NCBI GenBank assembly: GCA_046484865.1
Contig: JAWOID010000077.1
Coordinates: forward strand, 1 to 14,266
DNA from: Candidatus Krumholzibacteriia bacterium
GTDB taxonomy: Bacteria > Krumholzibacteriota > Krumholzibacteriia > LZORAL124-64-63
Reading direction: 5' to 3'
DNA: 14,266 nt
Shown: piece by piece, positions 12,606 to 14,266 of the stretch
How the letters are laid out: every line of letters starts with the position of its first letter
Position numbering within the stretch: position 1 is the first letter of the stretch
The notes under the pieces: generated by a model
Databases searched by the model: none
Told to the model about the DNA's origin: nothing
What the model saw: only the letters and a program-made list of their open reading frames with translations
Made by a program: the position numbers and the translations under genes

Positions 12606-13906
12606 CCCGGAGCCTCGTTCCGCGCCGTCGCTTCCAGGTCCCGGCGCCGACGTTCCGCCGGCGGCGCGGCCGGCGGCCACAGCGAGCGGTCGGCCGCCGT
12701 GAAGACCCCCCACAGCAGCAGCAGCAGGCAGCTCTTCACGTAGATGGGGTAGTTGTCATGGACCAGCCCGAACAGGTAGAAGAGATGCAAGCTGGCGCCG
12801 GCGCCCAGGAAGCCGGCCTTGATCCACGAGCCCGGGATCGCCCTGGATCGCACCAGCCCCCGGGCCATGGCCCCGTAGAGGACGACCGCCAGGGCGGCCC
12901 AGATGAGGGCGGCCGGCAGCCCGTGGCTCAGCGCCACCTCCAGCAGGTCGTTGTGCACGTGGGACCACATCGCGGGGTCGTCCACGAGCATGCCGGTCTT
13001 GTACTCGTGATAGACGGCATCGATGCCGCCTGGCCCCACACCGGTCCAGGGATGGTCCCGCACGATGTCCACGGCCATGCGCCACATGTCGTACCGGCGC
13101 GCGAACTCGGGGTGCTGGAGATCGAACGTGTCGGGACGTCGCTGGATGACCGCCGGCAGCGAGATCAGCGGCACCAGGATCATCACCGCCACCGCAGCGA
13201 GCGCCAGGCGGCGCGGCAGGCGGAACAGCACCAGGACCACCGCCGCCAGCCACCAGGCCAGCCACGCCGCGCGGCTGAAGGTGACGATCATCAGCGCCGT
13301 CGCCATGACGCAGGCCGCCAGCAGCAGGAGCCGCTCGCGCCGCGCCGAGGCGGGCCCGTAGAGCGCCCCCGCCAGCAGGAGCAGCGAGCTGGTGGCCGCC
13401 ACCTGAGCCAGGCTGTTGTAGTGGAGGTTGTCGGTGTGCGCGCGGCCCCAGCCCTCGAACATCGACGCCAGCGCCGGCCAGGCCAGGGCCACCAGCAGCG
13501 GCAGCTGCACCCAGAGGGCGGCCCGCCAGTGCCGCGACCGCCAGGGCACCGCCAGCGGGACGAAGAAGAGCGCATAGCGGAAGAGCTTGGGCAGCTTGCC
13601 GATGCTGACCTCGGTCGATACCGCAGCGAGCGCCGAGACCACGAACCAGACGATGAACGCCGCCCACAGCCACGGAGCGGCTCCGGTGAGCGGACCGCCC
13701 GTGACGGGGCTGCGCCAGCCGTGCGGCCAGATCTCCGGCCGCGGCCCGGCCGCCCTGGCCAGCAGCGCGGCCACGACGGCCGCCGCCAGGAGGATCTCGG
13801 CCGCGGCGGTGCTCAACGGTACCGCTAGCAGCCAGACCACCAGCAGCGCCGGCGCCGCGCGCCCGGCCCGCAGAGCCCAGGTCGTCTCGCCGGCCGCTCC
13901 GCTCAC
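12602..13906 (-). CDS. O-antigen ligase family (WaaL/Wzy_C-like) membrane protein, 434 aa
   Basis: Start reassigned to GTG 13906 (RBS AAGGAGG). Many hydrophobic segments. Motifs TFSRAAW, R..MW..A..IVRDHPWTGVGPGG and HVHNDLLEVALSHGLP. Confidence 0.9.
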   Translation of the reverse strand: MSGAAGETTWALRAGRAAPALLVVWLLAVPLSTAAAEILLAAAVVAALLARAAGPRPEIWPHGWRSPVTGGPLTGAAPWLWAAFIVWFVVSALAAVSTEVSIGKLPKLFRYALFFVPLAVPWRSRHWRAALWVQLPLLVALAWPALASMFEGWGRAHTDNLHYNSLAQVAATSSLLLLAGALYGPASARRERLLLLAACVMATALMIVTFSRAAWLAWWLAAVVLVLFRLPRRLALAAVAVMILVPLISLPAVIQRRPDTFDLQHPEFARRYDMWRMAVDIVRDHPWTGVGPGGIDAVYHEYKTGMLVDDPAMWSHVHNDLLEVALSHGLPAALIWAALAVVLYGAMARGLVRSRAIPGSWIKAGFLGAGASLHLFYLFGLVHDNYPIYVKSCLLLLLWGVFTAADRSLWPPAAPPAERRRRDLEATARNEAPG

Positions 13907-14077
13907 CGCGTCCTCCTTCGCCGGCCGCAACGCCGCCCGGCGGCGGTCCGGCCCGGCCACGATCGAGTCGTCGGCCGCCGCCCGCCGCAAACCGCTCCCA
14001 TGCCCCCCGGCGGGGCCTCTCGCCCATCGCAGCACGGCCCGGCTGAGGGCGCCGGGCCGGCGGGGGTGGGCCGGCCG

Positions 14078-14107
14078 AAGCTAACACACCGGGCCGATGG
14101 GTGCCAG
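14078..14107 (-). promoter_or_regulatory. Possible extended -10 promoter for the ligase-GT9 pair
   Basis: Minus strand CTGGCA, 18 nt, then TAGCTT directly preceded by TGT (TGn-TAnnnT pattern). Confidence 0.25.
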
Positions 14108-14176
14108 CAGCCGCCTGCCGGCGGGCCGCCGGCGTCGGTCGGCGCCCGCGCCGAGCGCGGCACCGTCCGCGTCCGC

Positions 14177-14205
14177 TTGACACCGCGACGCCCCCTGCGG
14201 ATTCT
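14177..14205 (+). promoter_or_regulatory. Candidate sigma70 promoter for the gene at the right edge
   Basis: TTGACA (14177-14182), 17-nt spacer, GATTCT (14200-14205), about 30 nt upstream of the ATG. Confidence 0.5.
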
Positions 14206-14236
14206 ACCGGTCAACCCCAACCCCGAGGGAGGAACG

Positions 14237-14266
14237 ATGGCGGCCAACCTGGACGTCCTGCTCCTG
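14237..14266 (+). CDS. Start of a divergent gene (MAANLDVLLL...), product unknown
   Basis: GGAGGA RBS just before ATG 14237, upstream promoter candidate, and frame open to the window end. Confidence 0.7.
   Translation, partial: MAANLDVLLL

Noticed and set aside
12606..14035. Longer starts for GT9 (12713) and the ligase (14035)
   Set aside because: The GTGA overlap at 12602-12605 and the AAGGAGG RBS before GTG 13906 are better supported.
9272..14247. Alternative-frame ORFs overlapping the C1A, GT9 and ligase genes
   Set aside because: Arg/Pro/Gly-rich shadow ORFs overlapping genes with clear family motifs.
1..14266. CRISPR array, tRNA/rRNA, transposase or integrase
   Set aside because: No repeat-spacer pattern, RNA-gene signature or recombinase motif was seen.

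Overview
High-GC bacterial window. The FlgD-Ig/T9SS-like C-terminal tails (PNPFNPxTxI...WxGR...GxY...KxxLVK) suggest an FCB-superphylum lineage such as Krumholzibacteriota/Latescibacterota-like; this is inference. The left part (minus strand) is a probable operon. It encodes a 2583-aa secreted M6-family metalloprotease with this order: propeptide, M6 domain, four beta-helix units (two sharing a ~96% identical 540-nt block), seven FG-GAP repeats, an Ig-like domain, two copies of an unnamed 'GEVxLPPxPPSxxFDAR' module and the sorting tail. Thirteen nt downstream lies a secreted protein that the ORF track misses; it carries further copies of the same module and runs off the left edge. An AT-rich promoter region and an RDD-family gene remnant come next. 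On the plus strand follows a secreted papain-like (C1A) cysteine protease with a lectin-like domain and the same tail. It converges on an O-antigen-ligase-family gene coupled to a GT9 glycosyltransferase gene (minus strand). A divergent gene starts at the right edge. The most notable signal is the ~140-aa module shared by the giant protease and its operon partner.
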